Source: a virus (taxonomy: Duplodnaviria > Caudoviricetes). Taken from it: a stretch of DNA of 63,180 bases. The stretch covers positions 1 to 63,180 of the IMG/VR virus record IMGVR_UViG_3300025645_000071; one strand, given 5' to 3'. The notes below the pieces were generated by a model that saw only the letters and a list, made by a program, of their open reading frames with translations, did no database searches and had not been told where the DNA came from. This document shows, piece after piece, positions 27,675 through 38,251 of the stretch. A program made the position numbers and the translations under genes. Within the stretch, counting starts at the first letter, position 1, and each line of letters begins with the position of its first letter.

Positions 27675-30600
27675 TGATAGATAAGGTAACACCTCAAGGT
27701 ATAAATTCTGACGCAGACTCAAGGGTAAGACCTTCGAGTCAAATGATCGATGCATTAAATATAGCATTTGAACAAAGCTTTAAAGATAGTGTAGCAGGAG
27801 CGCAAACGAGTGATTACTCTGGAGATTTTACATCTTTAAAGCCTATGACTTCTAACCAAAGTATAGAGGATATATATGATTTAGACCTTCAAGATCAAGT
27901 ATTAGATGAAACACAGATTAGAGTTATAGGATCTGTTTCAGACGATATATTTAACCTTATTTTCTTTTTTGTTTGGTCAGACGATCCTAACCAAATGGGA
28001 GTTTGGGCTTGGGATCAAGAGGGGCTGTTGCCAGGCTCTTTAGGTCCAGGACGATATATCAAAGTATATTGTTCAGAAAAGTTTAATTTCCCAAGCGATG
28101 GGTTTGTAAAAGGTGACGTAGTTCATATAGGCCAAAGAGAATCCTTTAACCCTGAGCTTAGAAATGCTAGCTTAGAACGGAGGTCAGCTGATGCTGGAAA
28201 CTTTGATGACGGAGGATACAATCCAGGTGACGTTGAAGAACCGCCTAGTTATATAGACCAAAATGATAGGCTTGACAGGGTAAGGAATATACTTTTATAT
28301 TTTACAGATAATAGAAATGAGCCTAAGAAATTAGATGTCTTTAAAGTTATGAGTATGCCTCTTCAGGCTCTTTATCAAGATTATAATAATGATGATTTAT
28401 TAGATCTAATATGTGCTTGCCCAAGGACTCCACAAACTCCTATAACTTTTGTTTTTGATTTTGACAATGATAGACCATCTTCAAACTTTATAAATCTGCC
28501 TGGTATGCAATTCGCATATCAATATGTTTATGATGATAATGTAGAAAGCGCAATATCTGCATATTCAAAAATAGCTATACCTCCAGCTTATATACAAATG
28601 GGGGCCGCTACAGGAAGCCCCTTTTTGCAAAACAGATGTAGATTACTCGTTAGCCGAGGGACTAGAGAGGTTAAACATATACGTCTTTTAGTTCGGTATG
28701 GTAATGCTGGAAGTTTTAGAACAATTGATGTTTTAAGAAACATAAATGGTAATAGCCCCCTTTTTGACAATGCTAGCCCTACTATACTTTATGATTTTTA
28801 TAACGATAGAGTGTTGGTTCCTGTTTCCCAAGAAGAACAAAACGCTCAATACAGTAATTTACCTAGAGTAGCTCAAGCGCAAACTATAGTTTCTGATAGA
28901 CTTATATATGGTAATTATTTAGAAAATTATCCAGAAATAGCAACTTCTTGTGAATCAGAGGTTATTTACGGGGGTACTCCAGAGGCAGGGTATGCAATTG
29001 AGTTAAAAGTAACTCCATTTATAGTAGCTCCTGATAACTATAACAATCAAGCGACTGTTTCTACAGTTGGTAACTCTAGAGTTGCTGGGTGTTATATAGA
29101 TTTAAGTGGCGTACCAAACGGAGCTCTTGGAGGTGGATCAATAATGAATGTCTCTTGGAGCATGATGCCTGATGATAATTTTCACATATACAACCATCAC
29201 AAGTCTTATCACGGTACTAGTGAAAGATATTTTGGGAATAACGATGTAGGTAATTACGATCCTGCAAGCAATAACGAATCAGCAGATGTTCTATGGAATA
29301 ATGGTGAATATGACCCTGAAATGTATGATTTTTATCGAGAGGGAAGATCTACATTTGGCAAAAATAAAGGGGTTAGATTTTTAGACGGGGCGGGAGGTGA
29401 AGACGACTTTAATAAATGGAAATATCAAAGGCCTGACTTTAATAATCCTGGAAGCTTTATACAAGAAGAAGTCCCATGTGTTTATGGTACATCAGCAGCA
29501 AATCCTTTAATTTTAAAGGGGGAAGGTCTTTATTTTGAGCTAACTGTTCAAACGATGTGGGCTATTTCTGATAACCCTCAGGATTATATTAAAAACGGAT
29601 TATATAGCCTTCTTACTAATACTCCTTCTATGATGCCAATGCAAAATGGAATACCGTTACTCCAAACTGTTGGAGATTCAAGTCAAGTAGAATATGTGCA
29701 AAATATAGATCTTGGTTTAAACGGTAATGTGCAGTCAATTGGTGTTACTAGTGAGAATAATGACGAAAGGAAAAACCTTATATGCTCTTTGCTAGATGCA
29801 AATGTTGACAATCCAGAACACCAAGAGCCTATTGGTTATTTTATAGTAAATGAAGCTACTGCCACTTGGGGGCTAACCGCACATCCAGATATGGAGGGCT
29901 TAGGGGGTGAAGATAATGCTGGATTATTTTTAGGGTTGAACCTTAAGTCTTTAACAAATATAGATGTTAGAACATGTATACCTAATGTGCCTTGGGATCA
30001 TGGCGGGTATAATATAGGAATTCCTAATAGTTCCGCTACTGAATATCACATAGAAAATTCTGGAGAAAACGACGAAGACTGGGGTAATTTATTTTTTAAT
30101 CTTGGCAACCCTTCAACAAACGTTAAAGTGCAGGGCTGGATGCCTCCTCAGATAATGAATTGCACTGTAACTGAATGGAAAACATTTAACAACAATTATT
30201 TAAACGGTTCAGACCCCACCAATATCGTAGGTAATGCACCGTGGGACAATTTAGGGTATCCTTACAATTCAACTCAAGTTAGTAAAGTAGGTCATAAGAA
30301 TTTACTTTTTGCACAACCACAAAATATAGCTGTTTTTTTAGAGTTGTTTCAACAAGATGAAGGCGCAGGAGTTACAAATAATTATACCCCAAGTGTATCT
30401 ACAGACACAATGGGTTCCGTTGCTTTTCCTTGTATGTCAGAAGGGTTAAATAGATATAAAACTATAGGTGTGTTAACTGGACCATCTGGGGATACCAATA
30501 TTACTAGCTTAATCGATTCTCCAAGTAGAGTATCTAATCATTATGGGGATTTAAACTGTATGTTTTCTTTAGTAGATGGCGAGGGTAATATGGGGCATTC

Positions 30601-33448
30601 TGAACATGGTGGAGCATTTGACTTAACGGGTTTGTCGACTATTGATCTTGAATTACTAAATCAAATTGACTCAACTTTAGGTAGCGTTCTTCCCGTGCAG
30701 GTGTTTACAGGTCAAATTACCCCGCAACCTATTGTTAGTGGCGGAATTGCTCAAGGGGTTAGCGCTATGGCAGCTTTAGGTTTTAGAGCTACACCTTTAA
30801 AACATCTTCGCACACCTGTATATCCTGGTTCAGGCATTTCAGAACAAGGGCCAGCAGCTGCGTTTCCTTCACCAAGTCAAATAACCAATGAAAACTGGCT
30901 TTGGGATGCCCCTGGATCTCAAGGTTCAATAGGTATTTACTATTTAGGAAATGCATGGGAATATTATGATGATTTGTCGTCATATGGTGGAAACGGTACT
31001 GCGAATAACAACTGGGTAGAGATTGTATCTGAAAACTCTACTGTAGCTTTAGCTGGGGGTGAATATTACCATAGATCCTTTAAAACAAGAGCCCATCATG
31101 AATTTGGTATTGTATATTATGATCAAAGAGGTAGGTCTGGTCATGTTAATTATTTAACTAACGCATACGTTAAAGGTTATTCAGCTATAGAAAGGCCAGC
31201 ACAATTAAAGGGAAGGGTTGATATTATGTTAACTCTTTTTCATTTTCCTCCCAGATGGGCTACTCATTATCAAATAGTGTATGGGGGTAATAGTACAATA
31301 GGAGATTTTGTACAATACACTACAGGATTAGCTTTTGTAGAAAACTTAGATTCAAACGAATCTATTGTTACTACTGGTTCAGCTTACGATACCCCAGTAG
31401 ACAGCGACGACGCAATTATATATGTTAGCTTAGGATACCTTCAAGGAGAAAACAACGCTTCTTATAGCCACGCTTTTGGAGCTATGAGAAAAGATGGATC
31501 TAAAGATTTATATACATACTCTGAAGGAGATAAGCTACGTATAAAACAATACACAGACCAAGACGGGGTAGTCCAATATCCTGACAGTAATAAATATGAA
31601 TTTGAAGTTATTGGTGTAAAGACTATGACATCTAATGCAGACGAAAATATAATTCATGATGGGACTGGAATAGTCCCAATGCATAAAACGGGTTCATTCC
31701 TTATGCTTAAAAGCAATCCAATGGCCATTGGATTTAGGTATGTTGACGTTAATGGAGATATGCCAATGTTGGGTGGTGATTATGTAGCTCAACATCATAA
31801 TTGGAATAATAGATGTATTGTAGAAATCTACTCACCTAAAAGCGTAAGAGATTTTGACGATAGATTGTATTACGAGGTAGGAGAAAAGTATGATATTGTA
31901 TTAAATGAAAATGGAGTTAAAATTCATAGTCAAAATAATATTTTACTTAAAGACGGAGATGTATATTGGAGGAATATACCTGTTAACGAATGTATTAGGA
32001 ATACAAATGATAACTTATTCTATAGTATTATACAGGGTACATCGGAACATGACGGAAATACTAGCAAACCTAGATTTAGAAACTATTTTTTAGAAACCGA
32101 TACATTTACAGACACTATTCCTGAAGCTGATGGAAAAGATTGGGGGAAAGTAAAAGTTATTGTACCTAAAGCTCAGACTTTATATAAAAGATCGTCTGTT
32201 TGTTTTTCAGACAAAAACAATTACTCTGCAAAACGTAATTCATATACTATGTTTAACGGGTCTAAATTTAACCATAAGGATTTACCTAATGAATATGGAT
32301 CAATTAATTACATATTAAATGATTACGATAGTCTTTTTGTTATACAAGAAGACAAAGCAAGCACCATTCCTGTTAGCAGGTCTATTCTTTCTACAGCTGG
32401 GGGTCAAGAGTCCTTAATAGCTGCAGACAAAATTCTTGGTACGCAGAAGTATTATCAAGGAGATTATGGGACTGACGGTAATCCAGAAAGTGTAGTTAGA
32501 GCTGAAGAAAATATTTATTGGGCTAGTAAGAGTAGAAGAGAAGTATATAAATGGAGTAGATCTAAAGCTATAAAAGTTATATCTAATGTTGGGATGAAGG
32601 CATATTTCAATAATATATTTAAAAGAGCGCTAGAAGATCAAGAGATGGGTGAAGGTCAAGTAAGAGTAGTAGGGGGGTATGATTCTCTTCGTGATGAGTT
32701 TATCATATCTATTCACAATATGTATGATTTTAGTGATGATGAAGGATTTTATGATTTTGAATATGACGGAGAGTATATTGAAATAGAAGATAATGGAGAT
32801 GGTGATGATGGGGATGGCAATGGAGGCGGTGGTGGCGGCGATCCAGATGTTGAAGATCCAGTAGAACCTGAAGGACCTGACGAACCTATAAAAGAATGTC
32901 CAGAATTAACTTTTTCTTCTTTCACCTCAGGTTCTCTTTCAGAGATGCAACCTGGAGATCAAGCTACTGTAACTCTTACTATTCAAAACACCTCATCTGT
33001 AGTTGCTAACTTAAGTAATGCAGATATTTATCCTATTCCAAATCACATTACTAGTATTGACGGTATTAACAGTTTACCATTAGGGTTACCTTCTGGAGGT
33101 TCAATTTCTTTTGTATTTAACATTACTATTCCTAACAATTATAACACAGGTATTTATACATACAATACTGCATTTCACTACGATGGTAAAAACGATGACT
33201 GCCCTAAAGAGTCAATTGAATTCCCAATTGAGCTTGAAGTAGATAAGCCTCCTAGACCAGAGGACCCAGACGGCGGTAGCGGTGGCGGTGGAGATCCAGA
33301 CGTTGATGAACCAGGCGGTGACATTAAAGACCCTGCTGACGGAAAAAAAGACAACCTTTCTGATGATCCTAAAATTATTTTTAATACAGACGAAGAGAGT
33401 AAATTATTCGTGAAAAAAATAGAAAATGAATCAAACTATATCCTTTAA
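27674..33448 (+). CDS. Tail stabilisation/nozzle protein (P22 gp10-like beta-propeller), N-terminal part
   Basis: DALNI, YFTDNRNEPKK, FAYQYVYDD, RLIYGNY, GIVYYDQRGR, YGSI..., GGYD..RDEFII. Confidence 0.75.
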   Translation: MIDKVTPQGINSDADSRVRPSSQMIDALNIAFEQSFKDSVAGAQTSDYSGDFTSLKPMTSNQSIEDIYDLDLQDQVLDETQIRVIGSVSDDIFNLIFFFVWSDDPNQMGVWAWDQEGLLPGSLGPGRYIKVYCSEKFNFPSDGFVKGDVVHIGQRESFNPELRNASLERRSADAGNFDDGGYNPGDVEEPPSYIDQNDRLDRVRNILLYFTDNRNEPKKLDVFKVMSMPLQALYQDYNNDDLLDLICACPRTPQTPITFVFDFDNDRPSSNFINLPGMQFAYQYVYDDNVESAISAYSKIAIPPAYIQMGAATGSPFLQNRCRLLVSRGTREVKHIRLLVRYGNAGSFRTIDVLRNINGNSPLFDNASPTILYDFYNDRVLVPVSQEEQNAQYSNLPRVAQAQTIVSDRLIYGNYLENYPEIATSCESEVIYGGTPEAGYAIELKVTPFIVAPDNYNNQATVSTVGNSRVAGCYIDLSGVPNGALGGGSIMNVSWSMMPDDNFHIYNHHKSYHGTSERYFGNNDVGNYDPASNNESADVLWNNGEYDPEMYDFYREGRSTFGKNKGVRFLDGAGGEDDFNKWKYQRPDFNNPGSFIQEEVPCVYGTSAANPLILKGEGLYFELTVQTMWAISDNPQDYIKNGLYSLLTNTPSMMPMQNGIPLLQTVGDSSQVEYVQNIDLGLNGNVQSIGVTSENNDERKNLICSLLDANVDNPEHQEPIGYFIVNEATATWGLTAHPDMEGLGGEDNAGLFLGLNLKSLTNIDVRTCIPNVPWDHGGYNIGIPNSSATEYHIENSGENDEDWGNLFFNLGNPSTNVKVQGWMPPQIMNCTVTEWKTFNNNYLNGSDPTNIVGNAPWDNLGYPYNSTQVSKVGHKNLLFAQPQNIAVFLELFQQDEGAGVTNNYTPSVSTDTMGSVAFPCMSEGLNRYKTIGVLTGPSGDTNITSLIDSPSRVSNHYGDLNCMFSLVDGEGNMGHSEHGGAFDLTGLSTIDLELLNQIDSTLGSVLPVQVFTGQITPQPIVSGGIAQGVSAMAALGFRATPLKHLRTPVYPGSGISEQGPAAAFPSPSQITNENWLWDAPGSQGSIGIYYLGNAWEYYDDLSSYGGNGTANNNWVEIVSENSTVALAGGEYYHRSFKTRAHHEFGIVYYDQRGRSGHVNYLTNAYVKGYSAIERPAQLKGRVDIMLTLFHFPPRWATHYQIVYGGNSTIGDFVQYTTGLAFVENLDSNESIVTTGSAYDTPVDSDDAIIYVSLGYLQGENNASYSHAFGAMRKDGSKDLYTYSEGDKLRIKQYTDQDGVVQYPDSNKYEFEVIGVKTMTSNADENIIHDGTGIVPMHKTGSFLMLKSNPMAIGFRYVDVNGDMPMLGGDYVAQHHNWNNRCIVEIYSPKSVRDFDDRLYYEVGEKYDIVLNENGVKIHSQNNILLKDGDVYWRNIPVNECIRNTNDNLFYSIIQGTSEHDGNTSKPRFRNYFLETDTFTDTIPEADGKDWGKVKVIVPKAQTLYKRSSVCFSDKNNYSAKRNSYTMFNGSKFNHKDLPNEYGSINYILNDYDSLFVIQEDKASTIPVSRSILSTAGGQESLIAADKILGTQKYYQGDYGTDGNPESVVRAEENIYWASKSRREVYKWSRSKAIKVISNVGMKAYFNNIFKRALEDQEMGEGQVRVVGGYDSLRDEFIISIHNMYDFSDDEGFYDFEYDGEYIEIEDNGDGDDGDGNGGGGGGDPDVEDPVEPEGPDEPIKECPELTFSSFTSGSLSEMQPGDQATVTLTIQNTSSVVANLSNADIYPIPNHITSIDGINSLPLGLPSGGSISFVFNITIPNNYNTGIYTYNTAFHYDGKNDDCPKESIEFPIELEVDKPPRPEDPDGGSGGGGDPDVDEPGGDIKDPADGKKDNLSDDPKIIFNTDEESKLFVKKIENESNYIL

Positions 33449-34703
33449 CAACACTACAGAATATTGGAAAACTAGGTATTCATACTCTCCTTCGTGTATG
33501 ATGAATTTGAATAAATTATTCTTTACTTCACCGAGAGAAAAGCTTGAAAACGATGGTAATGTTATGATATGGAGGCATAATGATACCAATAGTGGTTATA
33601 ATAGTTTTTATAATAGTGGGGGTCACTCCCTACCATCAGCTATAGGTGTTAGTTTTAACGGATATACAAAAAATAAAATGGCAACTGGCAATAACGTGTC
33701 TAGTAATAAGCTATTTAAATCATTTTCTATAGAAGGAAGTAGTCAATCTTTGTCTTTAGGCTCTAGTATGTTTATAGTAAACAATAATTCTACAACAGAA
33801 AATCTTATTGATAACCATCGTTTTACCCCTCTTACAAGAAAAGGAAGGGCTATATATGGGGAGATAGGTAAAGAACAAGCCTTAACAGGAACAAATATTA
33901 AGGCTATAGGTAGAATACGCAATGTATATCGGCATTGGGATTTTGATGATGATTCTGGAGTTAATAGATGGGTTAATTTAAGTACTGGCGGTCCAAGTAT
34001 TGCAATTGAAAGCATTCCTGGATTACATGTAGACTCTAATGGAGATGATGTTGATCCATCTATTGGTAATAGACTATACGCTTTTGAGATTGAATCGTAT
34101 ATGTCTAACAATCCTATCCCTGCAACTATTAGCGGTGGTAATGCAGGGGAATATGTAAAATTTTTTAGTGGAAGAATTAATAATGATCAAGACGACATGC
34201 AATCAGCTCCATATAGGACAATTCCTTCAGATCCTCCGTATGTTCCTAACGAAGCTCATTATTTAGAAAATTTTGAAGAATCTTTTGATTTTGCACAGGG
34301 GCAAAACTACAATAGTTATCTTTCATATGGAGATCCATATTCTGACGCAAACAATTCTTTTAAAAAAAGAAACTATTTGATGATAGAATATAATTCTTTA
34401 GCAACAAGCCCTCATGTAAGATTTGAAAGAACTCCTGGGGGACATAGAAGTCACAACCTATTAGGTTCTTATACATTTTCACAGGTACCTACTTCTGAAC
34501 ATAATTATGTGTATCAGGAAAGAGAAGTGTTATTTGCTATGACTCCTGGAGAAATAAACGGATCAGACGCTCATGGCACATTTGCAGATGCGTTTGTTGT
34601 GTTGGGTAGTAATAATTTTGAAGTAACATCGTTAAACGTAGAATATGAACTCACAGAATACGATCATGGAGGCAAACCGAGTAAGGTTGCTGCTAAGAAA
34701 TAA
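33426..34703 (+). CDS. Tail stabilisation/nozzle protein, separate C-terminal part
   Basis: TISFN...WKTRYSY.P..M..LN..FFT...IWRHN...NSFY...KLFKSFSIEG. Confidence 0.65.
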   Translation: MNQTISFNNTTEYWKTRYSYSPSCMMNLNKLFFTSPREKLENDGNVMIWRHNDTNSGYNSFYNSGGHSLPSAIGVSFNGYTKNKMATGNNVSSNKLFKSFSIEGSSQSLSLGSSMFIVNNNSTTENLIDNHRFTPLTRKGRAIYGEIGKEQALTGTNIKAIGRIRNVYRHWDFDDDSGVNRWVNLSTGGPSIAIESIPGLHVDSNGDDVDPSIGNRLYAFEIESYMSNNPIPATISGGNAGEYVKFFSGRINNDQDDMQSAPYRTIPSDPPYVPNEAHYLENFEESFDFAQGQNYNSYLSYGDPYSDANNSFKKRNYLMIEYNSLATSPHVRFERTPGGHRSHNLLGSYTFSQVPTSEHNYVYQEREVLFAMTPGEINGSDAHGTFADAFVVLGSNNFEVTSLNVEYELTEYDHGGKPSKVAAKK

Positions 34704-34708
34704 TTTCG

Positions 34709-34716
34709 TATTTTTG
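34709..34716 (+). promoter_or_regulatory. -7 promoter element of the ejection-protein genes
   Basis: Intergenic TATTTTTG. Confidence 0.55.
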
Positions 34717-34734
34717 TAAAACAATCAGAATAGT

Positions 34735-36219
34735 ATGTTAGGAACATTAGCAGTAATAGGTCAACTTGCGGGAGCAGGTATGAATATATATCAGGGGTAT
34801 CAGCAGAAAAAAGACGGAGAAACGTTAGCAGAACAAGGTAGAGAGGATATGTTAAAAACTGCTGGTCCTACAGATGAGTTACTTTCGTCTGTAGATGAGC
34901 AAAAAAGACTAGTTACAAGATCTGGTGATTTAGCGCAAGAAAGAATGGATATGTCTGTGACAGGTCTTTTAGACGCTTTAGCTTCTGGAGACCCTGCTGC
35001 TCTTCAAGGAATGCAAGGATTTGGATCTAATTTAGCTAAAACATCACAAGATGTAGGGTTAAAAACAGCTACTGCTATAGCTCAAGCAAATCAACCAGCA
35101 GTTGATGCTGCAGAATCTGCAATGGATGTTAGTAGAAATTTAGCTCAATTAGATTTACAATCAGGAACAGCAGCCTTTAACCAAGGACAACAAACTATCA
35201 ATGAAGGTATAGGTGCTGTTGTTAATATGCCTATGGACATGGCTTCTCTTCAAACTGCAAATCCAGACGCATATTCAAATCTATTTGGTGAAAAAGGCCT
35301 TAAAACAAAAAGAAAAGAGAAAGATGTGCTGTTAGAGTTAGCTATGGGCGGTTTAGTTTATGGTGGTACTGGTATTTCTGGGAGGTCTTTTAGAGATATT
35401 GTATCAGAATCTAACGCTCCAGGGGCATCTCAAGACCAGTTAGAAGAGGAAGAAGGGGGGTATATGGGATCTTCATTTGAGTCTAAAGAAGAAGCACAAG
35501 CAGCTTTAGATGGCATGTCTGAAAAAGAAAGAGCTAAATATGAAAGACAAGCTAAGAGAGAGCTTAGAAAAAATAAAAGGATTGCAAAAAGAAAAGGTTA
35601 TGATGTAACTGGTTACGAAGAAGATGAATCTGTATATGCTGATGAAACTGAAGGAGAAACTGCAGATGAGTCAAAAGGTAAATGGGCGCAAAGGCTTGAG
35701 CAGGCGTTAGGCAAAGATAAAAGTTGGGCTCGTATTGTAGATAAGTTAAAGAAGGAAGACGCTGAAATTGGTAAGCGAGGCCTTGTAACCAATGAGCCTA
35801 CGAGCGAAGGACTTAATGAAGAGATAAAAATGTTGCAGCTGCAACTGGAAAAAGAAAAAGTTCAAAAAGAACTTAGTGAATATGCAATGGGAGGTGTGGT
35901 CGATCAAATTATAGGTGCAGGAGGTAGCTTTGTAACTCCTGGTGTAGAAGATCACGACAAACAAGAATATAATATAGAAGACGCTAATACTGGTGAAGTG
36001 GTAGCTAAAACTACTGGTGATGAAACCCATATGGTAAATGAAGATGGGACTCTTACTGTAATGAATAGCGAACAAACTGATTCTATTCACGACGCATTTA
36101 AAGATGTAGATGTAGATATGGTATTAAAAGCACTGCAAAAAAATCCACAAAAAGGAAGCGTAAGAGATTTACTTTCAGCATTAAATAAAGTCTTCAGTCA
36201 AAAACAATTTAAATCATAA
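34735..36219 (+). CDS. Putative DNA ejection (internal virion) protein
   Basis: Gly/Ala-rich hydrophobic N-terminus, helical, AMGG motifs; position after the tail genes. Confidence 0.6.
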   Translation: MLGTLAVIGQLAGAGMNIYQGYQQKKDGETLAEQGREDMLKTAGPTDELLSSVDEQKRLVTRSGDLAQERMDMSVTGLLDALASGDPAALQGMQGFGSNLAKTSQDVGLKTATAIAQANQPAVDAAESAMDVSRNLAQLDLQSGTAAFNQGQQTINEGIGAVVNMPMDMASLQTANPDAYSNLFGEKGLKTKRKEKDVLLELAMGGLVYGGTGISGRSFRDIVSESNAPGASQDQLEEEEGGYMGSSFESKEEAQAALDGMSEKERAKYERQAKRELRKNKRIAKRKGYDVTGYEEDESVYADETEGETADESKGKWAQRLEQALGKDKSWARIVDKLKKEDAEIGKRGLVTNEPTSEGLNEEIKMLQLQLEKEKVQKELSEYAMGGVVDQIIGAGGSFVTPGVEDHDKQEYNIEDANTGEVVAKTTGDETHMVNEDGTLTVMNSEQTDSIHDAFKDVDVDMVLKALQKNPQKGSVRDLLSALNKVFSQKQFKS

Positions 36220-38246
36220 TGTCTGAGGTAACTGGACCAATATATACTGGGGCTGGAATACCCCTTAAAGGCTTTGACCAACTTATAGAGGTTGCAGCTA
36301 ACGCATCAACACTTGAGCAAAGAAGAGCTCAACAGTTAGAAAAAGCAAGATTAGGCCAACAAAACAGAATCCAGAAAATGATGGATGATGTGTATACGGA
36401 AACTGGGGCAGACCTAGCTCCTGGCCTAAGGCCTTTTTGGGTAGAGCATGTAACTATGGTTGACCAGCAAATACAAAGTATGCAGCTTGCAGATGGCACA
36501 GCTATAACAAGTGTTGCTCAAGGTAACGAATTGTTACGTCAAGCAAATGCGTTTTACGATGAGCTCTATGGGTATAACCACGTAGAAGGTAAATATGTTG
36601 CGGATGATGAAGTAGAACTAATAGAGGGATTAATTAGAGATCCTAAAAAACAAAAATCCTTTTTAGAAAACGTACCCGTAGATCAAACATATAATTTTAC
36701 TAACGCTGAAACAGCTAATAGTCAATTAGCTGAAATGACTAATTATGCAAATTATGGCTTTTTAGGAGTTACCGCAGATGAAATAACAGATGGAAGCTAC
36801 ATGGCTGGGGGTTATCAAAACTATGGTCAAATAGATTACTCTGGTCCTACACCTACATTAGTTTTAAATAGACCAAATGGGGTGACCGATAGGAATAACT
36901 CAAGTGGATTTGCACAACCAGGATCAAGACTAAACGGCCTTTCTATATATGGGGCAAACCATGAGCAACTATTTAATGTTCAAAGATTTGCTGTAAACAG
37001 ACAGTCTGACGATTTGTTTAATTTAGGTCAGGAATTTTTACAGCCATTAGTAGAAGCAGACAGAAAAGCGCTAGGATGGAAAAGACAAACTGCCCAGCAG
37101 TTAGTTACAGGGCTTATTAATGACGACGGTGAGTCTGGTCAAAGAATTAGATACTCTATGCTTACTCAAAATAGAGATCTTAATCCAACTTATTTAAATG
37201 AAGCTGAAAGTAGAGCCTTTGTATACAACAATCCTTTATTAGCATTTGAAACAAACGACAGAGGCAAAACTACAGCAAGTAAAACTGATATTGAAGCTCT
37301 TCAAAAGAAATTTGAAACCATCAAAGGTAACAATGATTATATAACACCTCTTGTAAACGGAAGTAACTATGACAGGAATGTACGAGCAGATGCGACAGAG
37401 GATGAAAGGAATAACGCTTTAGAAAACACTCTAGGGGCTATGACTACTGTTAATCCTAACGATATATTCTCTATAGATCAAGTCTCTGACATGATCAACG
37501 GTCAACTATTGTTTACTGGGAATAATGAAGCTAATGCATTTAACGGTGCTTACGCAAGGCTTCTTGCTCAAAACTATGCTACTGTGGGTGGTGATATTCA
37601 ACCAGGAATGTCAATAGCAGATATTGTAATGGTAGGAGGTCCATCATATGCATTGGCAGGTACTCAAACTGATTCAGATGCTGGTGTTACAAGACGATTT
37701 ATTGAACAATTTGAAGGGGGAACAAGTAACTTACCGCAAACAGTAGGTAACTTTTCTGTTAACATGAAGGGTAGTAGCCAATATGCTTTCTCTCCTCAAA
37801 CTGGAGTAGAGGGGTATATAGATAATGTATTTTTTACGCAAGCTCCAAATGGTAAAATGAAAATCGGAGTAGCCTTAAATAAGAGTGGAGTTGTTGGATA
37901 TGGTGTAAGTCCTTCAGGGAAAAACATTAAGCCTCTTGAAGGTAGCGTACAGTTCCAGATAGGCGATCCATTCTTTACCGTAGGGGTAGATGGAACAGGA
38001 GCTAACATTTTAATGGATCAAGGACCTATTGCACAAGGTAGTAGTCTTATAGCTCAACCATATGAAACTGGTTCTCCTGAATTAGTATTCTATTTTGACC
38101 CAACAAATAGTGCTGATATTAGTAGACTTTCTACGCTTGGTTCTAAGCTTGACGAGTTCTATGGTAAAAAGGGACAAGGTTTCCCTAATGGGATTAACCC
38201 TGACTTTGGGTATACAATTAACGCTATGTTTGCTAAAATTCAATAA
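36219..38246 (+). CDS. Putative DNA ejection protein
   Basis: 675 aa, in the ejection-gene position. Confidence 0.55.
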   Translation: MSEVTGPIYTGAGIPLKGFDQLIEVAANASTLEQRRAQQLEKARLGQQNRIQKMMDDVYTETGADLAPGLRPFWVEHVTMVDQQIQSMQLADGTAITSVAQGNELLRQANAFYDELYGYNHVEGKYVADDEVELIEGLIRDPKKQKSFLENVPVDQTYNFTNAETANSQLAEMTNYANYGFLGVTADEITDGSYMAGGYQNYGQIDYSGPTPTLVLNRPNGVTDRNNSSGFAQPGSRLNGLSIYGANHEQLFNVQRFAVNRQSDDLFNLGQEFLQPLVEADRKALGWKRQTAQQLVTGLINDDGESGQRIRYSMLTQNRDLNPTYLNEAESRAFVYNNPLLAFETNDRGKTTASKTDIEALQKKFETIKGNNDYITPLVNGSNYDRNVRADATEDERNNALENTLGAMTTVNPNDIFSIDQVSDMINGQLLFTGNNEANAFNGAYARLLAQNYATVGGDIQPGMSIADIVMVGGPSYALAGTQTDSDAGVTRRFIEQFEGGTSNLPQTVGNFSVNMKGSSQYAFSPQTGVEGYIDNVFFTQAPNGKMKIGVALNKSGVVGYGVSPSGKNIKPLEGSVQFQIGDPFFTVGVDGTGANILMDQGPIAQGSSLIAQPYETGSPELVFYFDPTNSADISRLSTLGSKLDEFYGKKGQGFPNGINPDFGYTINAMFAKIQ

Positions 38247-38251
38247 TAGAT

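Noticed and set aside
33410-33448. Ribosomal frameshift joining the two nozzle ORFs at the A7 run
   Set aside because: The downstream frame has a TAG just before its ATG, so slippage at that run would terminate. Independent initiation is simpler.
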